Source: Nitrospirae bacterium CG1_02_44_142
Lineage (GTDB): Bacteria > Nitrospirota > Thermodesulfovibrionia > Thermodesulfovibrionales > UBA1546
Reading direction: 5' to 3'
Assembly (NCBI GenBank): GCA_001871685.1
Contig: MNVK01000096.1
Location: 1 to 40,409 of the forward strand
Length of the DNA: 40,409 bases
Positions within the stretch are counted from its first letter, which is position 1; each line of letters starts with the position of its first letter. Shown here piece by piece: positions 9,105 to 17,800 of this stretch. The notes under the pieces were generated by a model that was given only the letters and a program-made list of their open reading frames with translations, did no database searches and was not told the origin of the DNA. A program made the position numbers and the translations under genes.

Positions 9105-9860
9105 TTATTTTACTGCCTTCTCAGCCGCTTCGTCAGGAATATCAAAATTTGCATAAACATTCTGGACGTCGTCATGGTCTTCAAGCGCATCCATAAGCCT
9201 TATCATCTGCTCTGCCGCCTTTCCGTCCAAGACTACATAGTTTTTGGGGAGCATGGTTATCTCAGCGGACTCAACAGGAATATTTGCCTTCTCAAGCGCA
9301 GCTTTAACATTATTGAAATCTTCAGGAGCAGTTATTATCTCAAAGTTTTCTTCTTCAGGGTCATTTTTCATATCCTCAGCCCCTGCATCAAGGGCAGCAG
9401 ACATTACAGAGTCTTCAGATACCTTAGATTTATTAACCAGGATATATCCTTTTTTATCAAAGAGCCACGAAACACAGCCTGTTTCTCCGAGGCTCCCGCC
9501 GTGTTTTGCCATTGCATGTCTTATCTCCGGGACAGTCCTGTTCTTGTTGTCAGTCAGCGTCTCTATCATCATTGCAACACCTGAAGGGCCGTACCCTTCA
9601 TACATGATTTCCTCATATGTAACTCCGGGAAGTTCGCCTGTGCCCTTCATAATCGCCCTTTTAATATTGTCGTGGGGCATATTGACCTCTTTTGCCTTTT
9701 CCATTGCAGTGCGCAATCTCGGATTGCCGTCAGGGTCGCCGCCTCCGAACCTGGCCGCAACCGCTATCTCCTTGACGAGTTTAGTAAATGCCCTGCCCCT
9801 TTTTGCGTCCGTGTTAGCCTTTTTATATTTTATCTGAGACCATTTTGAATGTCCTGACAT
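9105..9860 (-). CDS. yebC: YebC/PmpR-family DNA-binding transcriptional regulator
   Basis: '[37 protein letters not shown]' is the canonical YebC N-terminus. 251 aa. Confidence 0.9.
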   Translation of the reverse strand: MSGHSKWSQIKYKKANTDAKRGRAFTKLVKEIAVAARFGGGDPDGNPRLRTAMEKAKEVNMPHDNIKRAIMKGTGELPGVTYEEIMYEGYGPSGVAMMIETLTDNKNRTVPEIRHAMAKHGGSLGETGCVSWLFDKKGYILVNKSKVSEDSVMSAALDAGAEDMKNDPEEENFEIITAPEDFNNVKAALEKANIPVESAEITMLPKNYVVLDGKAAEQMIRLMDALEDHDDVQNVYANFDIPDEAAEKAVK

Positions 9861-9891
9861 TGCAACCCTCCGATTTATTTTTTAAAAGATT

Positions 9892-11259
9892 CTATTCTTC
9901 TATATGATATTCTTTTATCTTAGTTAAAAGCGTTTTATAACTTACCTGCAGGACTTCTGCCGCCCTGCTTTTATTTCCCTTTGTCTCTTTCAGCGCCTTT
10001 ATTATCCGCTGAGTCTCAGCAATCCTTAATGCCTCTCTCCGAGCTGCTCGGAGCGCTCCGTCCATCGGGAGATTCTTTATGTACGATTCAAAGGATAAAG
10101 GGCTCAGTGATATATCCTCGGGCATTATCACCTTCCCGTCGCATAATATTATGGCCCGTTCTATTGTATTTTCAAGCTCTCTGACATTCCCCTTCCACGG
10201 ATACTCAACCATCATTTCAAGGGCTTCGGCAGAGATAGTCTTTAAAGGCGTCTTGAGTTCGGCGCAGTATTTGTTAAGGAAAAACCCTGCAAGCATAGGA
10301 ATATCCTCAACCCTTTCTCTGAGCAGAGGAATCCTGACAGGGAATACGCTCAACCTGTAGTAAAGGTCTTCCCTGAATGTCTTTTCTGAAACAGCCTTTT
10401 CAATGTCCCGGTTACTTGCAGCGATAACCCTTACGTCTATCTTTATCGTTTTCAGGCCTCCGAGCCTTTCTATCTCCCCTTCCTGAAGCGCCCTTAGCAG
10501 CTTGGACTGAAGCGCAGTATCCATCTCGCCTATTTCATCAAGAAATATAGTGCCTTTATCAGCCAGTTCAAATTTGCCGAGTTTCTTATAATCAGCGCCT
10601 GTAAAAGCTCCCTTTTCATGCCCGAAAAGCTCTGACTCCAATAGTTCCCCCGGTATGGCAGCGCAGTTTATAGGGACAAACGGATATTCCTTTCTCGGGC
10701 TGAGGTAATGAATGGCCCTTGCGAACAATTCCTTGCCTGTGCCGCTTTCACCGAGAATCAGCACAGTTGTCTTGCTCGGCGCAACCTTCTGTATCTGCTG
10801 GGCCACTTCTGATATTTTTTCGCTTTTGCCTATTATCATCGGCAGTCCGAGCTGTGATGAAAACTCCTCTTTCATAAGCATATTCTCTGTCATCAGCCTT
10901 TGAGTCTCAAGCGCCCTCTTCATAAGCACCAGAAGATGGTCGGTATCAAAAGGCTTTGTAATAAAATCAAATGCGCCTTCTTTAATTGCAAGCACGGCAG
11001 TCTCAACAGAACCAAAGGCAGTCATTACAATTACCGGCATTAAAGGATTCTCTTCCTTCGCGGCCATTAATACATCTATGCCGTTTTTTCTGGGAAGTTT
11101 CAAATCAGTAAGGACCAGGTCAATCCTGTTTTCTTTTATTTTTTTTATACCTTCCGGCCCGTCTTTTGCCGTAATAGTCCTGTAGCCCTCAGTCCTGAGG
11201 GTCTCCTTAAGCATATCTGACATTGATTCTCTGTCTTCAACTATAAGAATGGTATCCAT
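9892..11259 (-). CDS. Sigma-54-dependent Fis-family response regulator (NtrC/AtoC-like)
   Basis: It has a receiver domain ('DLVLTDLKLP'), an AAA+ domain with 'GESGTGKE', the 'GAFTGA' sigma54-contact loop, and a C-terminal Fis-type HTH ('AAEVLQVSYKTLLTKIKEY'). No adjacent histidine kinase is present. Confidence 0.9.
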   Translation of the reverse strand: MDTILIVEDRESMSDMLKETLRTEGYRTITAKDGPEGIKKIKENRIDLVLTDLKLPRKNGIDVLMAAKEENPLMPVIVMTAFGSVETAVLAIKEGAFDFITKPFDTDHLLVLMKRALETQRLMTENMLMKEEFSSQLGLPMIIGKSEKISEVAQQIQKVAPSKTTVLILGESGTGKELFARAIHYLSPRKEYPFVPINCAAIPGELLESELFGHEKGAFTGADYKKLGKFELADKGTIFLDEIGEMDTALQSKLLRALQEGEIERLGGLKTIKIDVRVIAASNRDIEKAVSEKTFREDLYYRLSVFPVRIPLLRERVEDIPMLAGFFLNKYCAELKTPLKTISAEALEMMVEYPWKGNVRELENTIERAIILCDGKVIMPEDISLSPLSFESYIKNLPMDGALRAARREALRIAETQRIIKALKETKGNKSRAAEVLQVSYKTLLTKIKEYHIEE

Positions 11260-11294
11260 GTGAAAAGTTATTGCTCCTAACAGTTCTCTACGCT

Positions 11295-11366
11295 GTCATT
11301 GCGAGCCCCGAGCGGCTCGGGACGAAGCAATCTCACGACGAGATTCCTCGCTTCGCTCGGAATGAC
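11295..11366. repeat. Structured REP/MITE-like element with 12-nt terminal inverted repeats and two internal hairpins
   Basis: The ends are GTCATTGCGAGC and GCTCGGAATGAC (imperfect inverted repeat). Internal hairpins are CCCGAGC-G-GCTCGGG and CGAAGCAATCTC-ACGAC-GAGATT(CCTC)GCTTCG. It is intergenic between the NtrC-like start and the mtnP stop. Confidence 0.7.
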
Positions 11367-11383
11367 AAATTAGTAATATGTTA

Positions 11384-12163
11384 TCACATCTTTGCATTCG
11401 CAAGGGCGTCCTTGCATCCGCAGTTTCTTGTATGAGGGATGCCGGCAAAGGTCTTTTCTAAAAGAGCCTTCACCACTTCTGAGGATTCTGCCATGGTCCT
11501 TACAACCTCGGTTGTGGTAAGCCTGCTGCCTGAGATACCGGCAGCATAATTTGTGACAACACCTATTCCTGCAAAACATATCGCAAGCTCTCTTGCCAGA
11601 GACGCCTCCGGCATGCCTGTCATTCCAACCACATCAGCGCCCAGCAAAGAAAACGCCTTTATTTCCGCAGCAGTCTCGAGCCTCGGGCCGTTTACGCATA
11701 CATAGGTTGCATCCTCTTTAAGCGCAACTCCCGCCTTTTTACCTGCCGTGAGTAATGCTGTCCGCAGCTCAGGGCAATACGGCTCGGTAAAGTCCACATG
11801 CACGATTTCTTCTTCATCATAAAATGTTGACGCCCGGCCCTCTGTCATATCAATAATCTGATTAAGAATGACGATTGAACCCGGTTTAAGCTTAGGATTT
11901 ATTCCCCCAACCGCATTCACGGAGATAATCCTTTCTGCTCCGAGTTCTCTGAAACCCCGGATATTCGCCCTGTAGTTAACCTTATGCGGAGCAATATGGT
12001 GAGGAGAACCGTGCCTTGGAAGAAATGCAACCTCTACTCCTGCTATCTCGCCAATCCTGTAAGAATCGGAAGGAGCGCCAAAAGGAGTTGAGATTCTTTT
12101 CTCCTCCTTGATGACTACTCCATCAATCTCATAAACCCCGCTTCCACCTATAACGCCAAGCAT
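11384..12163 (-). CDS. mtnP: S-methyl-5'-thioadenosine phosphorylase (PNP/MTAP family)
   Basis: 'GVIGGSG', 'FLPRHG..H.I.PH.VNYRANI' and 'VGMT..PE..LARE' are typical of MTAP. Confidence 0.85.
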   Translation of the reverse strand: MLGVIGGSGVYEIDGVVIKEEKRISTPFGAPSDSYRIGEIAGVEVAFLPRHGSPHHIAPHKVNYRANIRGFRELGAERIISVNAVGGINPKLKPGSIVILNQIIDMTEGRASTFYDEEEIVHVDFTEPYCPELRTALLTAGKKAGVALKEDATYVCVNGPRLETAAEIKAFSLLGADVVGMTGMPEASLARELAICFAGIGVVTNYAAGISGSRLTTTEVVRTMAESSEVVKALLEKTFAGIPHTRNCGCKDALANAKM

Positions 12164-12261
12164 ATCTTCTCCTGAGACAGCTTTGAAATGCTAATGAAAT
12201 TTTAACATATAAGGACAATATCTATCGATAAGTAAACGGCATATAGGATTCGAGAGAATTA

Positions 12262-12357
12262 AGGCTTTTTGATTATGTCGTGGGTACCGACTTTGCGAAG
12301 GGCATAAAAATCATCTTCTACCTCAAAGGGAAATGAAGCCTGATTTCGTTCCGACAG
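12262..12357 (-). pseudogene. Possible remnant of the C-terminus of a RelE/ParE-family toxin
   Basis: There are 32 sense codons directly after, and in frame with, the TAA stop of the DUF2283 ORF: LSERNQASFPFEVEDDFYALRKVGTHDIIKKP*. This resembles the 'Y.I.DD...I..VGHR..IY' RelE C-terminus. No start codon is present. Confidence 0.25.
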
Positions 12358-12567
12358 TTATGCAAACTGGAGTTTCTTCTCCATTGGTTTAAGAACATTT
12401 TTAAACATATACGAGGCTTTAAACAGTTCAACGCCTATGAGTTTGCCTTTGCTGTCAAGTTCCATATTCACGCCCGGAGATATTTCTACAACTTCGGCTT
12501 CCTCACCTTCCTTTGTAAGGTAAAGAATATCCTCTTCTTCATCATAAAAGACCTTAAAATCTTCCAT
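12358..12567 (-). CDS. DUF2283-family small protein (putative antitoxin), copy 2
   Basis: 'MEDFKVFYDEEEDILYLTK...MELDSKGKLIGVELFKAS' fits the DUF2283 pattern (YD.e.D.lY...D..G.l.GiEi). The track ORF extends to a TTG at 12603. Confidence 0.6.
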   Translation of the reverse strand: MEDFKVFYDEEEDILYLTKEGEEAEVVEISPGVNMELDSKGKLIGVELFKASYMFKNVLKPMEKKLQFA

Positions 12568-12595
12568 TATATTTTCCCGAAGGGCTGCCGGTATT

Positions 12596-12808
12596 CTAAG
12601 CAACTACTAATTCGACAGGCAAAGGCCTGTCAATACCGACAGTTTTGCTTACATATAGCTTTTCAATCCCTATAGTCTTCCCATTTTTATCTTTTTTAAG
12701 GATAATGCCTTCTCCCGCCTCTTCACATACGACTTCATCCTCGGGATTGCCGAACCAAATATCCATTGTATCTGACTCATTGTTGTAATAAACTTTTACT
12801 TTGTCCAT
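12596..12808 (-). CDS. DUF2283-family small protein (putative antitoxin), copy 1
   Basis: 'VKVYYNNESDTMDIWF....GIILKKDKNGKTIGIEKL'. It overlaps the upstream ORF by 13 nt. Confidence 0.65.
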   Translation of the reverse strand: MDKVKVYYNNESDTMDIWFGNPEDEVVCEEAGEGIILKKDKNGKTIGIEKLYVSKTVGIDRPLPVELVVA

Positions 12809-13107
12809 ACAATTTCTCCTTCCTTTACCTTATCAACAGGATATGCAGTTATTAAAAAACCTTCCTTTCCTGTATGCTTGACAACCACGCAATATAGTTT
12901 ATCAGACTGCTTATAATAAAGAAAGACTTCTTTATCCATTTTGCTTTGTCTTATTTCATCAGGCATCTGCAAAACAAATTTTACAATGTCTTCCTTGTTT
13001 TTCATTATTGGATGTTTTAATGTAGTAAGGTATTCCCAATACTGAACGGTGGTTCTGACTTCAATACTTAGAGGCGTCTTTACAGAGAAATATATTTCAG
13101 ATTTCAT
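12796..13107 (-). CDS. Small toxin-like protein (DUF4258 / barnase-EndoU-RelE-like class that pairs with DUF2283); family not firmly recognised
   Basis: 103 aa. First gene of a 3-gene overlapping operon. It has 'YWEYL...HP' and a C-terminal 'GFLITAYPVDKVKEGEIVW' motif. RBS GGAGGGG lies upstream. Confidence 0.4.
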   Translation of the reverse strand: MKSEIYFSVKTPLSIEVRTTVQYWEYLTTLKHPIMKNKEDIVKFVLQMPDEIRQSKMDKEVFLYYKQSDKLYCVVVKHTGKEGFLITAYPVDKVKEGEIVWTK

Positions 13108-13195
13108 CTTTTCCCCTCCACAATCTCAATCTCCCTGCCCTCTGAATGAGGGATGATGTACAGGCTCTCCTTTTTTTGAAGAACACATGAAAGTA

Positions 13196-13579
13196 TTATT
13201 CTTCTAAATATTTTTGTGGCGTCAGTATCTTAAGGTCAAAAGGCAAATTCTTTATATCCAGAATATCTTTATCGCCGGTTATAAGAATCTTTGCTCTTGC
13301 TGTATGGCAACATTCAAGAAGCATATTATCGTCGGTATCTCTACAGAGTGATAATTTTACAGATGGATAGACAATTCTTGTGTTTGCAACAAAAGAGGCT
13401 ATTCCGGAAATTAACGCCTTTAACTGGATATGGCTTATCTTCCCCTCGGTTTCAAGTTCCAACGGGGTATCACGATACTCTTCAAGAAGGGCTGGGGATA
13501 CATATATGTCTGCCTCTTTAAATGCTTTTCTGACAGTTTTCTCAGGCACACCGCCAAAGGCAAAGGCAGAAACAAGCAC
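13196..13579 (-). CDS. PIN-domain toxin (TIGR00305-like PIN family)
   Basis: '..LVSAFAFGG.P' and 'ITGDKDIL' are characteristic. The GTG start at 13579 omits the in-frame upstream 'KIVIDTG' strand (see findings). Confidence 0.7.
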   Translation of the reverse strand: MLVSAFAFGGVPEKTVRKAFKEADIYVSPALLEEYRDTPLELETEGKISHIQLKALISGIASFVANTRIVYPSVKLSLCRDTDDNMLLECCHTARAKILITGDKDILDIKNLPFDLKILTPQKYLEE

Positions 13580-13598
13580 GCCTGTATCAATAACTATC

Positions 13599-13787
13599 TT
13601 ACTTCTTTTTTCCGTAGATTCTTCTCCTCACAGTTTTAGCTGCTTTATCAATGTCTTTCATTGTCAATGTGGTCTTTTTAAATGCCTCGCCTGCAACTTT
13701 GAAGGCAGCGTTAAGCCTGTCCTGAGGAGAAAGCGCAGAGAGGATAAAATCTTCAGGATTTATTTTTTTTGCTGTAGCAGTGCCCAT
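13599..13787 (-). CDS. Putative cognate antitoxin of the PIN toxin (family not recognised)
   Basis: 62-aa basic ORF immediately upstream of, and overlapping, the PIN reading frame. Strong RBS GAGGGGGTG. Confidence 0.4.
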   Translation of the reverse strand: MGTATAKKINPEDFILSALSPQDRLNAAFKVAGEAFKKTTLTMKDIDKAAKTVRRRIYGKKK

Positions 13788-13958
13788 TTAAACCACCCCC
13801 TCACTTTTATTTCTATATTCTATAATATCACAGTCTATGCTTTTTCTAATCTTCCAACCCAATCTCCGCCCTCTGCACTTCAGATAATCTGCCTGTTCCG
13901 CTTTTTGTGAGGTTTTGGTCAACGAGGCACACGGAGGGCTGTGGTATCATAAAATTAC

Positions 13959-14303
13959 TTACTGCAAGTCTAAAAATCTCTTCAATGCATTTTCCATAGA
14001 GAACAGATCATTAGAAGAAAGGCTGCCTAATTTTTTTAAGACCAGTTGTTGTTCAATAGTTGAAATGGCCGGTTTAATAGCCGATGGTTTTAACAGGCCG
14101 GCAACCTGCCAATCCATTATTAAACATTCTCCTATTCCAATAGTTTTATCTGTCCGACTTGTAATCGCCATAATGACAATATCAGAAGACACATTGTTGT
14201 AGAGATTGGAACTAACAATTACAGATGGACGTTTCTTAGTTGCGATTTGATTACTGAACGGAAATGGGACGAGAATAATATCCCCTCTTTTATAAGCTGT
14301 CAT
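13959..14303 (-). CDS. MazF/PemK-family endoribonuclease toxin
   Basis: Start trimmed to 'MTAYKRGDIILVPFPFS....KKRPSVIVS' (PemK signature). It overlaps the upstream antitoxin by 14 nt. Confidence 0.8.
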   Translation of the reverse strand: MTAYKRGDIILVPFPFSNQIATKKRPSVIVSSNLYNNVSSDIVIMAITSRTDKTIGIGECLIMDWQVAGLLKPSAIKPAISTIEQQLVLKKLGSLSSNDLFSMENALKRFLDLQ

Positions 14304-14487
14304 AGACAGCATCCTCTTTGTTGTCCCAAATCTTCTGGAATGATGCGGTGGACAGTTCTTGAGAGGCACTTACAAGCAGAGTTTTTTCCTTTTTATTTTC
14401 TAAAAATTGTATAAAGTCAAGAACCTCTGCAAGAAGATTTTCAGGAAGCCTATCTATTTCATTTCTAATTATTTCTTTAACTGACAT
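14290..14487 (-). CDS. DUF2281-like antitoxin (MazE-position partner)
   Basis: 65 aa with 'IDRLPENLLAEVLDFIQFLENK'. The same N-terminal motif occurs in the antitoxin at 645-866. Confidence 0.7.
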   Translation of the reverse strand: MSVKEIIRNEIDRLPENLLAEVLDFIQFLENKKEKTLLVSASQELSTASFQKIWDNKEDAVYDSL

Positions 14488-14631
14488 TCATTCCCTCCTC
14501 TCTGTCGGATACTTGTTAATAGTATAACAGAAAAATCTTACTTCTTTTCCCCTCCACTCTATGAGTCATAGACAATCTCAATCTACTCCGCCTACTTCCC
14601 CGATAGTCAAAGCGTAGCGCAGACTTGTTCT

Positions 14632-14664
14632 CCTCGGCGAATCCGCCTGAGTGCGGAGCCGAGG
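14632..14664. repeat. Compound hairpin sharing a 12-nt core with the hairpin after tldD
   Basis: CCTCGGC-GAA-TCCGC-CTGAGT-GCGGA-GCCGAGG. The core AATCCGCCTGAG recurs at 20958-20969. Confidence 0.6.
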
Positions 14665-14729
14665 CGAAAAGCCATATTTCCGTTCTCTAGTTATAATCCT
14701 TTCGGCTATCCATCTTCATAGCTGAGATA

Positions 14730-14810
14730 ATAGGGATGTGTCCCTGATTAATTACTATAGGGATGTGTCCCTGATTAATTATTAAATATGGGAAGTGTCC
14801 CTCTACTATC
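14730..14810 (+). repeat. Iteron-like direct repeats: 25-nt unit x2 (27-bp period) plus a third diverged unit
   Basis: ATAGGGATGTGTCCCTGATTAATTA occurs at 14730-14754 and 14757-14781. TGGGAAGTGTCCCTCTACTATC follows at 14789-14810. Each unit contains the small palindrome GGGA-nnnn-TCCC. Confidence 0.8.
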
Positions 14811-14854
14811 CCATTCTTAAAAGCCCCCTCACAATCCCATTTATCTCTTTTATC

Positions 14855-17800
14855 TCACGCAAACAACTCCCCCTGTAATTTCTGCAAAATTTTGTTCTGC
14901 AATTTCTGGCTGGTGATGGAGGAGATGTGGTCGGAGATTATTCTGTCTATTTTTTCTTTAAGGGCTTTGAGTTCTGGAAGGATTTTTGAGATGTATAATT
15001 CGTCTTTTGGTATCTTTATTTCCTCAAGCCCTGACTCAAGCCAAACCTTTAAAAACTCTGCTTCTGCTTCACTTGAGCAGTCTATGTGGTCTTTACCAGA
15101 AAAAATACGCCAGCCAAAGAGTTCGTTTTTGATTTCTACCCCCCTCTTTCCCCCCTTGCTAAGGGGGGATGTAAGGGGGGCCAGATGAAAGAGCTTAACG
15201 GTTTTAAGGTTTTTCTGATTAAGGATTTTTTCTCTGTAGAAATGTCCAAGAAGTTTATCTCCAAGCTTATCTTTAATTGTCTTTGTTAAAAGTTCAACAT
15301 CAACACCCTCCGTTGTCTTTCCTTTTTTATCAACGCTTCTTGCCTTTTCTATCCTTGATTTCACAAGGTCAACAACTGCACGATAGACCTCAAGCTGTTC
15401 GTCATCGGTTAAACCAAGAATATCGCCCATGATTATTTTGTCCAGTTCACGGCGGTCAGGCTTGACTTTATCGAGAGAAACTTCATCAGATGAATAAGCC
15501 TTTAAATCTTCAAATATGGATTTTATTTCAGGAGAGGGATATTTTATAGCTAGTTTTTTGAGTTTTAACCGCCCATCCTTAGAGAAATTTTTTATAACTG
15601 GAGTTTTTTCAAAATCTGTGCCTTTTATATCAATAGGCCCTGTCCCACCGCCATAGGTTCTGCTGTAAAATTCTTTAAATAACATGCTCACTGTAGAAAG
15701 TAAAAAACAAAGCAATGGCAGAACATCACGCTTTCTTTTTGGTTTTATCTCCATAAAACTGCAATCAGCCTGAAACATATACTTATTTGAAATCACTAAT
15801 TGTCTATCTGTGTGAACTCTTGGATAAAAGATCGGCCACGTTTCTCTATATTCAAGTTCATACCATCTATTACGAGATGAACATGTTGACCTGTTATGAA
15901 AACCCTTCCTCTCCCCTTGTTTGATATAAGAGAGAACCTTTTTGCTTTTTAGTTTCTCTTTGTCTTTGTTTATGAAAAGAACAATCTTTGATAAATCTTC
16001 AGGAGATACAACAACCTTTTTTGCTTCCCTCGGGCTTACAAGCACTCTATTCGGCGCCCATTCATCTTTGTCATTTTTATGCATCCAGAATTCTTTTTCA
16101 ATTCCTCTCTCTTTTATTTCTTCTTCTGTCAGATAGAAAAACTCATTTACACCTGTTGTAAATCCTCTCCTGATATCCGCTATCTTTTTTAATGGCGCAA
16201 GTTTATCCTTACCCTTTTCAAGAATCTTAAAAAATATCTCCGGAGCCCTCAGATACTTGCCCCATTTTGAGCCTGTATATTTTCTTTCTTCTGTGTCAAA
16301 ACCTTCTTCCCACAGCTCGCTCTGTTTTTTGGGATAAATTCTTAATTCATCGTTCTGGTAAAAGTCATTGTGATAGAGAATTGTTTTAATAAGGTTTCCA
16401 ATGGCGTCAAGCCTTTGTTTCTGTTTTTCCCACATGTCGTGGGCAGGCGGGATAAAATGTCTTAAGGGTTTTAAGAGATATGCAAATCTGACCAGATTTT
16501 CATCTCTTTCTTTCTGATATTTGCACTTCTCAAGGATTATTATGCAGGTATTGATGTCAGCATCTTCAAACCAGCGTTCAACTTTGGATTCAATGATTGC
16601 AATGATTTTATAGTTCTTGAGAAATAGTTCTTGAAGCCCTTTCCCGTAATCCACATCCATCCACGAATTTGAGACAATAAAGCCGAAACGGCCGCCATCT
16701 TTCAGAAACTTTGTCCCATGCACAAAGAAATAGGCATGAATGCCAGCCCTCTTTGAGATATCTGCAAGCTTCCGCCCGCCATAAATAAGAGCTTTCTCGA
16801 TAAGATTTTTCTTGTAACCGGCTTTTTCAGTAATTTCGGCTATTTCTTCCTGCCTTGTGTAAGGCGGATTGCCTACGATGCAGTCAAACCACCGCGGATG
16901 AGTTATCTCTTTTTGCTCCGTGCCTAATGTTTTAGCCTTTAGTTTTCTCCATCTTTCAGTCAGCTCAACACCACCATCAGGTTTCACCAATAGATTGAAA
17001 AAGTCTTCCCGTGCAATGTTCGGATAATTTTTAATAACACCCAAGTCATTGATTGCAAGGTTAATGGTTGCAAGGTGAGCAGGGAATTTTGCTATATCCA
17101 CACCCCACAGGCTTTCAAGAATTTCCTGATGTGCAAGCCTGTTATTCATAAGTTTCTTGTGCTGATATGCCCTGACGAGAAATGTGCCTGCACCGCATGA
17201 GGGATCTATAACCTTGTCGTCTTCATGTTTCAGGCAGAACTTTAAGATCAGGTCAACAACATCTGGGCTTGTGAAATATTGCCCCAAAATATGGCGCTCT
17301 TCCTGAGGGATCAGCTTTTCAAATATTCTTCCGATAATGTCAAAGCCGATTTTTGAAAAATCATATTCCTTTATGATAGCTACAAGTCCTTTAATCTCTT
17401 CAACAACTTCTCTGCTATCGGGGAATGCTATCTGGTCAATAAAATCAGTGCTGTAAATAGTTTCGTAGTCAATGTTATCCGTTATATAATTGAAATACGT
17501 TTGTTGCAAGATTTTCTGAAGCTGTCCCCCTGCAGTTAAATCATCAGGGATGAGCAGTGAGGCAAGGTTTGTATACTTTGTTTTTAGAGCCTGATAAAAA
17601 AGCAGCTTATTTATGAGCAAATACGCTGTCTGCCGTGCTACCTTGTCGAAATCTTCTTCCTGAGCTGCAAAGCTCCACTGTTGTTCAATAAACCAGATTT
17701 TGAGTTTCTTGGCAAAGTCAGAATCTTTATGAAAACTATCTCTTATAATATTTCTATAAAAACGAGATAAGCGCAGATTCTTCACATGAAGCTTTAATAT

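Noticed and set aside
14488-14854. A JAB/MPN-domain remnant of radC, or any other decayed gene, in the non-coding DNA downstream of the Type IIG gene.
   Set aside because: The six-frame reading by eye gave only short ORFs derived from the hairpin repeats (for example MAFRLGSALRRIRRGEQVCATL). No HNHPSG-type or other recognisable motif was found.
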